A stretch of DNA of 64,000 nucleotides from Chthoniobacteraceae bacterium (GCA_049840595.1 JASGKO010000023.1:100911-164910); one strand, 5' to 3'; counted from the first letter of the stretch, positions 8,884 through 20,564 are shown. Program-made: numbers and translations. The notes: generated from the sequence alone by a model not told the origin.

Positions 8884-11203
8884 ATGAAACCGGCATTTAT
8901 GCGGTGCGGCGGGGTGGTTCAATTTTGGATTGCGATGGCTGGCCTATTTCTGGTGGCGACCGCAGCTCACGCCCAAGGGCCGAGTTGGTGGACTACACGT
9001 GGAGTTTTAACGCCGGGCGCGGTAGCGCAGGATTTTGGAGCGGCCAACCAAGGGCAGCTCAAAAACTTTGCCCAGGCAGCGATGTCGGAGATGAATGCAG
9101 ATCTCACCGGGGGGGCCGGAAATACCATCCCAACCATGATCAACGCATGGACAGGAAATAGCACCAATGCGCAGGACTTTTCGGCGGTGACGCTGGGGCA
9201 GTTGAAGGCGGTGACGCAGCCTTTCTATGATCGGCTGGCGACGGCGGGCTATGGAGGGGTGTATCCGTGGAGCGGGTCCACGATCCCCGCCAACGATTAT
9301 GCAATGGCGAATATTGGGCAGCTAAAGAACGCGTTTAATTTCTTTTTGCCAGGGACACAACCGATGGATGTGGTGTTTATTATTGATAATACGGGGTCCA
9401 TGGGTAATGCGATTAATGCGATAAAAAACATTGCATCCCCGGTGCTGCAAGGGATTCAGAACTCTTCTGGGAATAATTACAGAATCGGGGTGGTAGTTCC
9501 AGATACGGAGGATTGTGATGTGTTGTTATCCATGTCAGAGAATAATGGATCTGATTTTGAGACCGCTATGTCGAACCTTGAGATTGCACCTTACCCATCG
9601 GGTGATCATACCCCAGAAAGCACCTTGTTGTGTTTGCACAATGTGCTGAGATCTGGAGCGGGTGCATTCAGGTCAAATGTCGAGCGAATTATCATCTTGA
9701 TCACCGATGCCTTACCCAGTGGAACTGAGGTAAGTGTGGATCCTAGTGACTATGATGCGTTTAATGCGGCACCGTCATTTGATGGGAATGGATTTCCTAC
9801 TGCAGATCCGCCACCAATTAGCGGAAGGGTTGCTCCCTCGGTTGAATATTTGGCTTACCAAGAGGCTTTGTATGCCAAACAGCAAGATGCGATGATTGTC
9901 GCGATTGGAATTGTGGGAAGTCGGGATGATTATGGAGGAGGTTATGATCCTGACCCGGAGGCTGCTTTTATCAGGGTTATGAATAACTACTATTCCGGAA
10001 TCACGCATCAAAACAATCCCGCTACTACTTTTTTTAATCTGGATAATGCGAACGATGTAACTGGAGTATTGCTCTCGATGTTTGGGGATGTAAACGGATT
10101 TTTAACGGTTCCGGTTATCTCTCCTTCTGCGGAGTCCTTTGCGAATTCAGTCCAAGTAACGATAACAAGCACGGACTCGAATGAATCTATCTATTATACT
10201 ACAGATGGCTCCACTCCGAGTGCAACCCATGGCACATTGTATACGGGTGCAATCACTATTAGTGCCACTACGACGATCACGGCAGTCGGGTATAAAAACA
10301 GTTTTTATAGCAATGTCACAAGTTCTACTTTCACTCTGGAGCCGAAAACTGCTGCGCCATCATTTACTTATCGCAATACGTCGGTGACAGGAGGAAATTA
10401 TACAAGCGGCGGGAATATCGGTCTCGTTGCGGGGTCGGGAGCAACCATTCGATACACCACGGATGGCTCGACTCCATCTTTTGATGCAAACAATCCGGTG
10501 GGATTGGTGTATGATTCTTCCAATCCCTCAAATAATACGGGTTTGTCTAACTTGAACCCCGAAACGTTGACGGTTAAAGCCATTGCGCGAATTGCGGGCT
10601 ATTCTGACAGCGTGGTTTCTAATTTGTCATTAAATATCTATGCGTTGAGTATCACCTCCACTCCAAACTCTACTTCCGTAACTCTAACGGGTACAATTGC
10701 AACAGATTGGATTCACTGGGAAAATCCAACTTCAAATCCCTCTTTCAATCATAAAAAGTCTGGCTCCACCGCGGTAAATTTGATCACGAACTACACGGCA
10801 GCAGGCGCAACCAGTGCAGCCACTACGGCCCGAAAATTTTCGTGGTCAGATGGCACCCCCACCACAAGTGCAACCCTCGATGCACAGGCAGTTTCGGTGA
10901 TCGGAGCTGGAAATGGATTCAGCTTTTCCTTACCCTCGTATGCTACGCAACACACATTAAAGGTCTATGTGGATATGACGGGCGGAAGTACTGGGAATCC
11001 GGCGGCAGGGCTCGATTTCGGCCTCATTATCAGGAGATGCGAATACGAAAGTCAGCACCACGATCAGCACGACCTCCACAAGCTACTATTATATCACGAT
11101 TCCCTGCACCAATGTGGGAGGACAGACGCTCCAGATCAGTTGCAACGCAAATTCTACGGCAGGAATTTTGCGCCTGTGTGCGGCCCAGCTTCTGTCGAAT
11201 TAG
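8884..11203 (+). CDS. Large secreted protein with GQLK repeats, a VWA domain and chitobiase/hexosaminidase C-terminal-type beta-sandwich repeats. The 3' end is frameshifted near 10980-11040.
   Basis: Signal peptide; MIDAS-like DVVFIIDNTGSMG; repeated IYYTTDGSTPS / IRYTTDGSTPS motifs. After about 11030 the long ORF reads nonsense, while frame 2 gives a beta-rich tail ...SGDANTKVSTTISTTSTSYYYITIPCTNVGGQTLQISCNANSTAGILRLCAAQLLSN ending at 11203. Confidence 0.65.
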
Positions 11204-11686
11204 AGCATTTCGATTAATTCTAGAACCGCGTTTTGGCGAGTGGCGGCTATTTCAGAAACGGTGTTTCCTCCCAAAAGGTCATTCTGAGCGCAGCGGAGTC
11301 GAAGAATCTCTCGACTATTTCCGGGCGGGGCGAACGAGCATTGCCCTCCAGGCTCCAGAAATAGAGGGAGATTACGCTGCGTGCCGCAGCATGTCATTTT
11401 TGGGAAAGAATTTCCAACCGCTCGTGGCTATACCTTTTATTGAACCGCTCTAGCCCTTCTGAGCAAAGACAGGTTTATTTCACCCTCTAGGAGCAGCCTG
11501 AAGGGCGAAAAAACCAACGCAACCACACGGTTCCACGAGCCGCTCCATGGGCCGCCAAGAGAAGGACGGTTATTCCTCTCCAGCCCCATCGGCCCCCATT
11601 TACACAGGCCTCCTTTTGAGGACATTTTTTTGAAGAAAAAGACCGGCTTCCGTGTCCAATTCGATAATCCTTAAGGAGATTAACCA

Positions 11687-12214
11687 ATGAATACGAAGCC
11701 TCTTTTCCACACCATTCTGGCCGCTGCGGTCGCGCTGGCGCTCCCGGCGTTCGCCCTCGCCGATGGGCCTCGGGGTGATGGATTTCACGGCAGCGTTCGT
11801 GCCCAGCCCAATGCTCATGGACACCCGGAAAGCTTCCGGGATCGCGCCGATTTTCACCGTAGTCATGGGGACTACCCTGGTCGATATTATAGCGGTCGAT
11901 ATTATCACCATGGCCATTATTACGGTTATCGGGGCTACCCATACTGGGGATTAAACATCTATGATGGCCCGGTTTACTATTACAATGACGACGATGCCCC
12001 GGCCTACTACCAGGGCTCGGCAGTGGATGATGGTGACGTCACAGCCCGAGACGTCCAGGCCGCCCTTCGCAGCCGTGGCTATTACCATGGAGCGATCGAT
12101 GGCGACATTGGCCCGGCCAGCCGCGCGGCGATTCGGGCCTTCCAAGCCAGTCGCGGATTGCCGATTACCGGCGTGATCAATGATCGCCTGTTGCGTTCCC
12201 TGGGGCTGACCTAA
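11687..12214 (+). CDS. Secreted Tyr/His/Gly-rich protein with a C-terminal peptidoglycan-binding domain (PG_binding_1-like)
   Basis: Signal peptide; low-complexity HGHYYGYRGYPYW region; C-terminal GYYHGAIDGDIGPASRAAIRAFQASRGLPITGVINDRLLRSL. AAGGAG SD precedes the ATG. Confidence 0.7.
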   Translation: MNTKPLFHTILAAAVALALPAFALADGPRGDGFHGSVRAQPNAHGHPESFRDRADFHRSHGDYPGRYYSGRYYHHGHYYGYRGYPYWGLNIYDGPVYYYNDDDAPAYYQGSAVDDGDVTARDVQAALRSRGYYHGAIDGDIGPASRAAIRAFQASRGLPITGVINDRLLRSLGLT

Positions 12215-12365
12215 GCGCGTTTTGAGCTTTCACCTCCAATGGCGCATCCTGCCACCGGGATGCGCCGCAGGTTCTCGATCATTGAGCCCCCCTTTGCGCT
12301 CACCTTCTGAAAACAATCCACCAAGTGGCATACACCTTGCATCGAAATCACTCAAACTCACGGCC

Positions 12366-12773
12366 ATGATGAACCGACTTTTCTTATCCAGCTTCGCCAC
12401 CATCCTCGTGAGCGTGGCCACCATTACCCGGGCAGATGATTTTTCCGGCGGCCTCGGCGGCAATCGGCATGAGGTTTACACTTACCGCGATTACAACCAT
12501 TATCGCTTTCGCTGTTCTCCGAGTGGTTGCTACGCCATCAGTCCAAGTAGTGCGGCCTACCGCTATAATAATAACTCGGCCAGTTCCAGCACCGACCTTC
12601 GCAGGGTGCAGGCGGCCTTGCATGAACGCGGGTATTACCATGGCGAGATCGACGGGGCCATCGGCCCTGCCAGCCGGGCCGCCATTCGCTCCTACCAAAC
12701 TGACCGCAACCTGCCAGTAAGCGGAACCGTGGATGATTCCCTGCTACGCTCCCTTGCTTTGCCCCAAAAATAA
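12366..12773 (+). CDS. Paralogous small secreted protein with the same C-terminal peptidoglycan-binding domain
   Basis: MMNRLFLSSFATILVSVATITRA signal peptide; C-terminal GYYHGEIDGAIGPASRAAIRSYQTDRNLPVSGTVDDSLLRSL. Start set to the internal ATG at 12366. Confidence 0.7.
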   Translation: MMNRLFLSSFATILVSVATITRADDFSGGLGGNRHEVYTYRDYNHYRFRCSPSGCYAISPSSAAYRYNNNSASSSTDLRRVQAALHERGYYHGEIDGAIGPASRAAIRSYQTDRNLPVSGTVDDSLLRSLALPQK

Positions 12774-12876
12774 TCCTTTCCGAGCTGAAGCTCGCCAGAG
12801 TTCCAGTTCAACGAAAACGGCCTCCTCGCCCAACAGGCAAGGAGGCCGTGAAGTTTTTCGTCAGATCACGCAAGCC

Positions 12877-13692
12877 TTACGCAAGGCGGCGGCGACGGCT
12901 GGCGAGCATCGCCAGACCAGCACCGATCGCGAGCGTCACGGTCGAAGGCTCGGGAGCCGCCGTGAAGGTAAGCACGCCGCTGCTGTTCAGCGCGAACGTG
13001 CCGAGGCGGGTCGCAGTCCCCTTGCCCGTGAGGCCGGTCCCTTGCTGCAATTCCCACAGGTCGGAATATTCAACTCCGCTCACTGCGGTGCTGTTGTTAT
13101 TGTCAACCAACGGGTTGATGTTACCGAAGCTTGCACTACTCGCGATGTTATCTTGCTGATAATAACCATTGGTATCGCTCGTGAGATCATCAGTCGCTGT
13201 CGCACTGTTGCTCGTAGCCGTAGCACCATTGAGGCTGCTATACAGGTTCTGGATGTGCCCGACTTGAATCTGCAAGACCGACTTGCTGGTCGCCGCACGG
13301 GAGCCAGCAGAGGAAGCGATCGTGCTCCACACCGTCCCCGCCTTGGCATGTCCGTCAGCCGTGGCCGATCCCGCCGTTCCAACGATACCCCAGTAGAGGA
13401 GGTTGCTGGTGTTGGAGAACCAGTTTGAACCATAGATTCCCTGCAGATCCGCCAAGGTGACACCAGTAAGCGTGAAGGTCGAACCGGGAGTCGCATTGTA
13501 GAACTGCGAAGCGGCACCGAGATCAATGGTCAACACGTCCGCCTGGGCGGCAGCGCCCGTGGAAGAGTTGAGCGAGAAGAACCCGAGGATGAGGTCCGTA
13601 TCAGAGGCAGTCACCGAAGCCTTGGCCGAGGTGCCTGCGAGAGCAAGGCCCGAGAGGGCGAGCGTCGCCGTGAAGAATTTATTGAGCTTCAT
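12877..13692 (-). CDS. PEP-CTERM sorting-domain secreted protein
   Basis: N-terminal signal peptide MKLNKFFTATLALSGLALAGTSAKA; C-terminal AAPEPSTVTLAIGAGLAMLASRRRRLA. Confidence 0.8.
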   Translation of the reverse strand: MKLNKFFTATLALSGLALAGTSAKASVTASDTDLILGFFSLNSSTGAAAQADVLTIDLGAASQFYNATPGSTFTLTGVTLADLQGIYGSNWFSNTSNLLYWGIVGTAGSATADGHAKAGTVWSTIASSAGSRAATSKSVLQIQVGHIQNLYSSLNGATATSNSATATDDLTSDTNGYYQQDNIASSASFGNINPLVDNNNSTAVSGVEYSDLWELQQGTGLTGKGTATRLGTFALNSSGVLTFTAAPEPSTVTLAIGAGLAMLASRRRRLA

Positions 13693-13785
13693 ATGGGTAA
13701 ATTAGCTAGTAGTGGAATAGTGAGATTGAATCCCGCGCTGCTTGCGCAGCCGTTGAGACCGCGCAAGCACTGCAGAGACTGGGAA

Positions 13786-15052
13786 TTAGATACCGCCCCA
13801 AGAGATCGGTCCGCCTTCAACCGAACGGTTCACGTTCATGTCGCCCATCTTGACCCCGGTCGCGATGGCGTCGTTGTCGTGGATCTGGGTATAGAGAGCG
13901 TTGCGGAAGGTCAGGATGCCACCGGAAACACCGCTCTTGCTGTAAAGGTGCTCATACGACCAGAAGGTGTATTGACCGTCCTGAATCGTCTTGTAGTAGA
14001 GCGAGCTGCTCGTGGAATAACCAGCGCCAGCGCCGAAGGTCACACCGTTGAAGGCGAGGTAGGCACAACCGTTGGCAACCGCAGTAGCCGCATCGCTTTC
14101 ACCAAGGTAAGTCACGATGTCGGTCGCACCAAGGGAGTTGCCGGAGGACAGCGCATTCGAGATGTCGAGCGCGAGCGTGCCGCCCGAGCTTTCTCCCGAG
14201 TCACCCTTCGGATAAGCAATGTTGTTTACCGTAGAAGCAGGCCACACAGCGAGATCAGTGATCGTGCCGCTGCCGTTCGTTCCAGTGATGGTCGGCTTGT
14301 ATTGACCAGCCAGGGATTTGGCACCGAAGCCGCTTTCTGCGAAAGCGGTGATACGGGTACCAGAATCTTCGTCACGACCAATGACGACGGTAACGCCGGC
14401 TTCATCAAGCGTGCTGCCAGTGATTTGGGCCGTCACAATGCCACCGCCAGTGGTGCCGCCAGCGAGAAGGCTCAGGATCTGGTTGGGAGAGATGTTAGTC
14501 ATGCTGGAGCTGCCGATGCCGCTCTTACCCTTGACCCAGTAAAAAGGCACCACGCCAACCTTCTGGTCGTTCAGAGAGGGGCTGGTGAAGATGGTCGTGC
14601 CCTGGAACACGTCCGACATGGCGAGGTCAGCCGCGACGGTTTCCGTCGTGGGGCTGGCGATACCGAGCGGCCGCCGTGGTGAAGGTCACGCTGCCCTGAG
14701 AGGTCGTGGCCGTCACGGAGGACATCGAGTTGGCCGAGGTCATCCAGTTGGAAATCGTGGTGCCGCTGGTCAGCGCGTAAACGCCGGAAGCGGAGCCGGA
14801 CCAGGAGGTTTCCACCGTGTAGGTGTCGGAACCGATCGTGCCCTGGAATACCGCCTGGCTGCAGTTGCCGAGGTTCTTCGTGGTGTCCTTCCAGTTGCAC
14901 ACCGGGCTGGTGAGCACGTGGATGATGGCCGCGTGAACCGCCTTACGGAAGGCCGAGGAACCGGCGATGTGCACGGTGTACGAAGCAGCGTTTGCCGAGG
15001 AGACAAGCGCGAGGGCGAGCGAGGCCGCCGAGAGTGTTTTCAATAGTTTCAT
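13786..15052 (-). CDS. Secreted Ser/Thr/Gly-rich protein, split by a frameshift near 14620-14690
   Basis: The 14627-15052 ORF starts with signal peptide MKLLKTLSAASLALALVSSANA. The 13786-14619 ORF continues with similar beta-rich Gly/Thr composition without its own signal peptide. Confidence 0.55.
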
Positions 15053-15565
15053 TGATCAGAGTGGTGGTTGTTGTGTTTTTCAAATCGCCAGCACGGGTCG
15101 CCGACGACACGAACACCTCTAGACGAGCCATGTTACAAACAGATGGCGATGGGGTTACTTCGCGGTCAACTCTGGGCAAACCACCGATTTCCCTCTTAAA
15201 AACCACCCTCCGAAACCTCGCCCGCGCCCCACCGGGACGATGACTTTTTCCACGCCAAAAAGCAGATGCCCCCCGCCCCTGAAACCTATGTACACCCTCC
15301 CTCAAAATCACGCTCCTAACAATCCGGTTACAAATTCAGCCTAATACGACATTCTTCATCCTTTTTGATGACGAATTCGTCTCAAGTCCCGCAAGCTACC
15401 CCAGTGCGACCCAGGTGCTACCCGGGTGCGACGCCAGATCCACTCGCGCTTCATCGAGCAGCCGGATTGAGCATGGAGACCGCCCCCGGTGTCCTCGACG
15501 GGGACGCCGAGCGGACGCTCTCCAGCGCGCTGCGCGTCCCGGCAGGCCCCCCGACCCGGAGACCT

Positions 15566-18500
15566 TTAAAAACTCCGCAGCATGGAGAGCGTTTCCAGCA
15601 GTTGGTTCTCGGGCTTGCCGTCGCTCAGGCGCGGGAATTTGCCGCCGATGAGGACGAAATCGCCGCCGCGGGTGAGCATGAGCTTTTGGTCCTTCACTTC
15701 CACCTTGGTAATCTTGCGGGCGGCGGCGGAAACTTTGATCGCGGCCATCGCGAGCAGGTTGTCGGCCGTGGCCGGAAGCGGGCCGAAGCGGTCGCGCCAG
15801 GTTTTGCGGACGTGGTCGAGCGCCTCCTGCGTGCTGAGCTTCGGCGAGCTGGCGGTAGGCCTGGATGCGGGTCTGCGATTCGCTGATGTAGGTGGAGGGC
15901 AGGAAGGCCGGCGCTTTGTTCCCGCCATCGCGAGCGAGGAACTCGGCTTCGTTGGTCGCGAGGAAGTCGAGCGCGAGCACGATTTCGAGGCGCGGACGGG
16001 CTTTCTCCCCTTTCATTTTGGCAATGGCCTGTTTGAGGAGCTGGCAGTAGAGATCGAAGCCGACGGTGACGATGTGGCCGCTCTGCTGGGTGCCGAGCAC
16101 GTTGCCCGCGCCGCGGATTTCCAGGTCGCGCATCGCGATTTTGAAGCCGGCGCCGAGCGAGCTGTATTGCTTGATCGCGTTGATGCGCTTGCGCGCTTCG
16201 CCCACCGTCATCAGATCGCGCGGAAGCATGAGGTAGGCGTAGGCCTTGTGCTGGGCGCGGCCAACGCGACCGCGGAGCTGGTAGAGATCGGCGAGACCGA
16301 AGCGGTCGGCGCGGTCGATGATGATCGTATTCGCGTTCGGAATATCGAGCCCGCTCTCGATGATCGTGGTGGAGACGAGCACGTCGGTCGTCGCCTTCGA
16401 CGAAGCGTTGCATGATCTCCTCCAGTTCGTCCTCGTCCATCTGGCCGTGGCCGATTTCCACCTTCGCGCCGGGCACCAGCGAGCGAATGCGGCTGGCGAT
16501 GCGCTCGATGCTCTCGATGCGGTTGTGCAGGAAATAGACCTGGCCCTGGCGCGAGAGTTCGCGCTTGATCGCGTCGCGGATGACCCGCTCGTCGTAGCCG
16601 CAGATGAAGGTCTCGGTGGGAATGCGATTCGGGCGGCGGCGTCTCGATCGTGCTCATGTCCCGCGCGCCCATGAGCGAGAGATAGAGCGTGCGCGGGATG
16701 GGCGTGGCGCAGAGCGTCAGGACGTCCACGAGCTGGAAGAGCTCCTTGAACTTCTCCTTGTGCTTCACGCCGAAGCGCTGCTCCTCGTCGATCACGACGA
16801 GGCCGAGGTTCTTAAACTTCACGTCCTTGGAAATGAGCCGGTGCGTGCCGACGACGATATCCACCTCGCCTTCGCTGAGCTCCTGCACGGTCTTGCGTTG
16901 CTCGGTCGGCGGTGCGGAACCGGCTGAGCAGTTCGATCGTGACCGGGTAGTCGCGACATGCGCTCGCGGAAGTTCTGGTAATGCTGCTGGGCGAGCACCG
17001 TGGTCGGGACGAGGAAGGCAACCTGCTTGCCGCCCATCACGGCCTTGAAGGCGGCGCGGATCGCGACCTCGGTCTTGCCAAAGCCGACGTCGCCGCAGAT
17101 GAGGCGGTCCATCGGGCGCTCGGTTTCCATGTCGGCCTTCGTCTCGGCAATGGCGGTAATCTGGTCGGGCGTTTCCTTGTAAAGAAAGGAGCGCTCGAAC
17201 TCGTTCTGCCATTTGTTATCCGGCGGGAAGGAATAGCCGGTGCGGGTCTCGCGCTCGGCGTGAATGCTGAGGAGACTGGCCGCGTAGTCGTAAACGGATT
17301 TTTCCGCCGCCTTCTTGGCCTTGGCCCACTTGCTGTCGCCGAGGGAGCTGAGCGCGGGATTGCGCTTGCCGACACCGACGTAGCGCGAGACGAGGTAGGA
17401 CTGCTCGAGCGGGACGTAGAGCCGGGCATCGTTGTCGAACTCAAGGACGAGCACTTCCTCCTCATTGAAATTTTTCAGCCCGCGAAATTTCCCGATCCCG
17501 TGTTCCAGATGCACCACGTAGTCGCCCTCGGCGAGTTCGCTAAAATCGATCTGGGTGCGGATGGCCTGCTCGCGGGCCCGCTTCATCGCGACCCGGCGCA
17601 CGCGATTGTGGCGATAGCGGCCGAACAGTTCGGCGTCGGAGAGCACCGCAAGTTTCGCCGCCGGGAAAGTGAAGCCGCTGCTCACCGAGCCGGGGAGCAT
17701 GGTGATGCGGTCACGTTCGCCGCCGGGATGAGATCGCGCAGACGCTCCAGCTCGCCCTCGTTGTTGCCGTAGATGAAGACGTGCCAGCCGTCCAGGCGCC
17801 AGCGCTCGAGCTGACCGAAGAACCGCTCGCGCTGCCGCTCTTCGACAATCAGATCGCCCACGGCGAACTCGCCGAGGCCGTGATCAAAGAAGGCGAGCGC
17901 GTAGTCCTCCTGCAAAGAAATCTGCTCGGAGCCGGCGGTGATTTTTACGCCCGCGCTTTCATCGGCGTTTTCGATACTGAGCACCACGTCCCCGGCGGCA
18001 ATGTAATCGCGCATCGAGCACTTCGCGGCCTGCGGTTCGCCGAGGAGGAGCGTGATGGAATCGACGTGCTGCACGCTGGTCTGCGCATCGAGGTCGAAAT
18101 GGCGGATGGACTCGATCTCGTCGTCGAACCACTCGACGCGCACCGGCAACGGATGGTGCCACGAGAAAATATCCACGATGCCGCCGCGCACGGCGTATTG
18201 CCCGCGCAGCGAGACTTGCGGGACTTGATCGTAGCCGGTCTTTTCCAACTGCGCGAGCAGGTCGTCGCGGTCGTAACGGGCCGAGCGCGACAGCTTCAGC
18301 GAAACCTGTTTCAAGCCCGCAGGCGAAGGCACTTCGTCGAGCAGGCTGGAGCTGGTGAGGACGATGACGCGCGGGCCGTCCTTCTGCCCGAGGCGCTGGA
18401 GCAGATCGAGCCGGTCGGCGAAGTTCTCGGGATCGGGCAGCGCGCCCTCGACCGGAGCCGTTTCGAGGATCGGGAAAAAGTGGGCGTCGGGATGCCAGTT

Positions 18501-18770
18501 GGCGAGTTCGCTGTAGATCTCCTCCTGCCGCCGCGTGTTGCCGCAGACGATCCAGAGGCGGCGCTGGCCCGGCCTGGGGGCGAGCACGGAACGGGCGATC
18601 AAGCCGACGAGAAACGGCTGCGCCTGCTCCGCGATATGCTCAAACACGATAGGCTCCCCTGCCCCTGCCGCCACCTGCTGCAAGGTGGCCGCCAATTCCG
18701 GGCACGACGCCGCGATCTCCAGCGGGGTTTCCGCAGGAGTTGCGACGGGAGCAGTGGGCGCTTTCGGCAT
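15566..18770 (-). pseudogene. mfd: Transcription-repair coupling factor Mfd, split across at least 5 ORFs by four or more frameshifts. Possibly sequencing errors rather than a true pseudogene.
   Basis: N-terminal UvrB-like region (17682-18770 ORF); DEAD/helicase region ([34 protein letters not shown]); helicase C-terminal region ([41 protein letters not shown]); C-terminal TRCF domain in the 15566-15928 ORF. These lie in different frames. Confidence 0.85.
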
Positions 18771-18926
18771 GGTGTGGAGTAACGACGAAACGACGCGGGG
18801 ATTATTCTCCCCGCGTCTTCGTCTCTACGCATAGCGCGGGATCAACATGAAGTCCAGCCACCGCACCACAGGCGCACATTTCAAATTGACCCACCCGGCC
18901 AGCCCTTGTTTGTTTGTGGATTCCTT

Positions 18927-20061
18927 ATGTCCATCGACCTCCAAGCCATCAATACCGACGAGTTGAAATCCCGCGTGGGCGAGCTCCGGAGGTATCTTTG
19001 ACCTCGCCAAGCTGCAAACCCGCTTGAGCGAACTGGACGAGGCCATGTCGGCCGCCGATTTTTGGAACAACAAGGAAAGCGCGCAAGCCCAGGTGGAGGA
19101 ACTTTCCACCCTGCGGGCGAAGGTGAATCCCCTGCTCGATCTCGATCGCCAGGTTGGCGATCTGGAAGTGCTGAAGATGCTCGTGGAAGAGGAGCAGGAT
19201 GAAAGCGCGGTCAGCGATTTGAAAAAGGAATACGCGCAGGTGGAAAAAAGTCTGGCGGCCTTTGAGCTGCAGAGCCTGCTTTCCGGCCCGCAGGACAAGT
19301 TCGAATGCGTTCATCACCATTCATTCCGGCGCGGGCGGCACGGAATCGTGCGACTGGGCGGATATGCTGCTGCGCATGTACCAGCGCTGGATCGAGCGCC
19401 GCGGCTTCACAGCACCATGATTGACATTCAAGTCGGCGACGAGGCGGGGATCAAATCCGCCACGCTGCTGGTCGCAGGAAACTATGCTTTCGGCTATCTT
19501 GCCACCGAGCGCGGCGTGCATCGCCTGGTGCGCATCTCGCCCTTCGATGCGAACAAGCGGCGGCATACCTCGTTCGCGAGCATGGATATCGTGCCGGAAA
19601 TTGCCGATGACGCGCCGATTGAAATCAACCCGGCGGATATCGAACTGGACACCTACCGCGCGGCGGCAAGGGCGGCCAGAACGTGAACAAGGTGGAAACC
19701 GCCGTGCGCACTCATCCACATGCCCACCGGCATCATCGTCGCCTGCCAGGCCGAGCGCAGCCAGGGCCAGAACAACCGCGAGCTGGCGATGAAGATGCTC
19801 AAGGCCAAGCTCTACCAGATCGAGCAGGACAAGAAGCGCGCCGAGATCGAGCGGCAGTATGGAGAAAAAGGCGACATCGCCTGGGGCAGCCAGATCCGCA
19901 GCTACGTCTTCCAGCCCTACCAGATGGTGAAGGACCACCGCACCGGCGTCGAGACGAGCAACGTGCAGGCGGTGATGGATGGGGACATCGATGAATTCAT
20001 CGAAGGCAAGCTGCGCGGATGGACGGCGAAGAAGGGCCAGCAGAGCGACGACGACGTGTAG
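18927..20061 (+). CDS. prfB: Peptide chain release factor 2 (prfB) with a programmed +1 frameshift at CUU UGA C (18996-19002). There are also two apparent non-programmed frame changes around the GGQ motif (about 19660-19715).
   Basis: Frame 0 reads [24 protein letters not shown] then TGA; the +1 frame continues [16 protein letters not shown]... as RF2. [16 protein letters not shown] is readable only in a third frame; [14 protein letters not shown] and the C-terminus are in the 19720-20061 ORF. Confidence 0.9.
18988..19002 (+). promoter_or_regulatory. RF2 autoregulatory programmed +1 ribosomal frameshift site: internal SD-like GGAGG, then TAT CTT TGA C
   Basis: Exact match to the canonical prfB recoding cassette (SD-like element 3 nt upstream of CUU UGA C). 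Confidence 0.85.
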
Positions 20062-20069
20062 GCCGGGGA

Positions 20070-20121
20070 CGAGGCTGGAGCCTCGCAGACAATGGCGTTA
20101 CCAGGCTGGAGCCTGGTAACG
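20070..20121 (+). terminator. Tandem GC-rich hairpins after the prfB stop, each with loop TGGA: cgaggc-tgga-gcctcg and cgttaccaggc-tgga-gcctggtaacg. Putative terminator; also part of a repeated module.
   Basis: Perfect 6-bp and 11-bp stems by reverse-complement inspection. The same module recurs at about 23461-23515 and 24171-24230. Confidence 0.55.
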
Positions 20122-20129
20122 AGGGGGCG

Positions 20130-20531
20130 TCAGTAGCCCAAAATCGGTGGATAGCTTGAGAAAAATGAAGGTCCTGCTTCTGTTTCTTCTACAACTACCG
20201 TGATGGTCTTTGCTTTTCGGATTTCTTGTATTAGCAGTAGCGTAGCGATGGTTCGAAAATCCCGAGAATTTGCCCCGGCGCTAACCTCATATTCGTTCCC
20301 ATCCACGGCGAAGGAAACTTCGCCATTGTATAAGTCAGCCTTCAGATTTTTGAGCCCAACCGCTGACAATTCTTTTTGAACATTCCCGGCTTGCGCAGCC
20401 GTTAAGACAAACAGCGGGCTAAACAAGATCGACAGGAGTAAGGCTGTTTTCCGTAGCTCGAAAAACGATCCCCATGCTGTCGCTGTCTTTTCCCGTGCAA
20501 AAAATATTTTGGGAGCCAAGTTAGTTTTCAT
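20130..20531 (-). CDS. Small hypothetical secreted/membrane-anchored protein in lower-GC DNA
   Basis: 133-aa ORF with hydrophobic segment LLLSILFSPLFVLTAAQA. Flanked by prfB-end repeat copies A and D. Confidence 0.45.
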   Translation of the reverse strand: MKTNLAPKIFFAREKTATAWGSFFELRKTALLLSILFSPLFVLTAAQAGNVQKELSAVGLKNLKADLYNGEVSFAVDGNEYEVSAGANSRDFRTIATLLLIQEIRKAKTITVVVEETEAGPSFFSSYPPILGY

Positions 20532-20564
20532 CGTTTTTTTATAAAAAAAGAATGCGCCCTCTTC

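Noticed and set aside
11270-11420. Short imperfect inverted repeats (cccaaaa...ttttggg) and a gtcattctgagcgcagcggagtcgaagaatctc segment in the intergenic region after the VWA protein
   Set aside because: The symmetry is weak: only 8-bp perfect arms 130 bp apart. I cannot tie the motif to a known RNA family from sequence alone.
15566-18770. Treating mfd and the many other frame-broken genes as genuine pseudogenes of a decaying genome
   Set aside because: The breaks affect essential and highly conserved genes, including the GGQ region of prfB, and the two I localised are homopolymer-associated. Read-level verification is needed before calling gene loss.
20062-20128. Interpretation of the prfB-downstream hairpin module as integron attC sites
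   Set aside because: The stems (cgttaccaggc/gcctggtaacg) do not carry canonical GTTRRRY/RYYYAAC boxes, and the repeats include prfB coding sequence. Duplication of a target gene end or a terminator module is the more economical reading. Kept only as an alternative in the finding.
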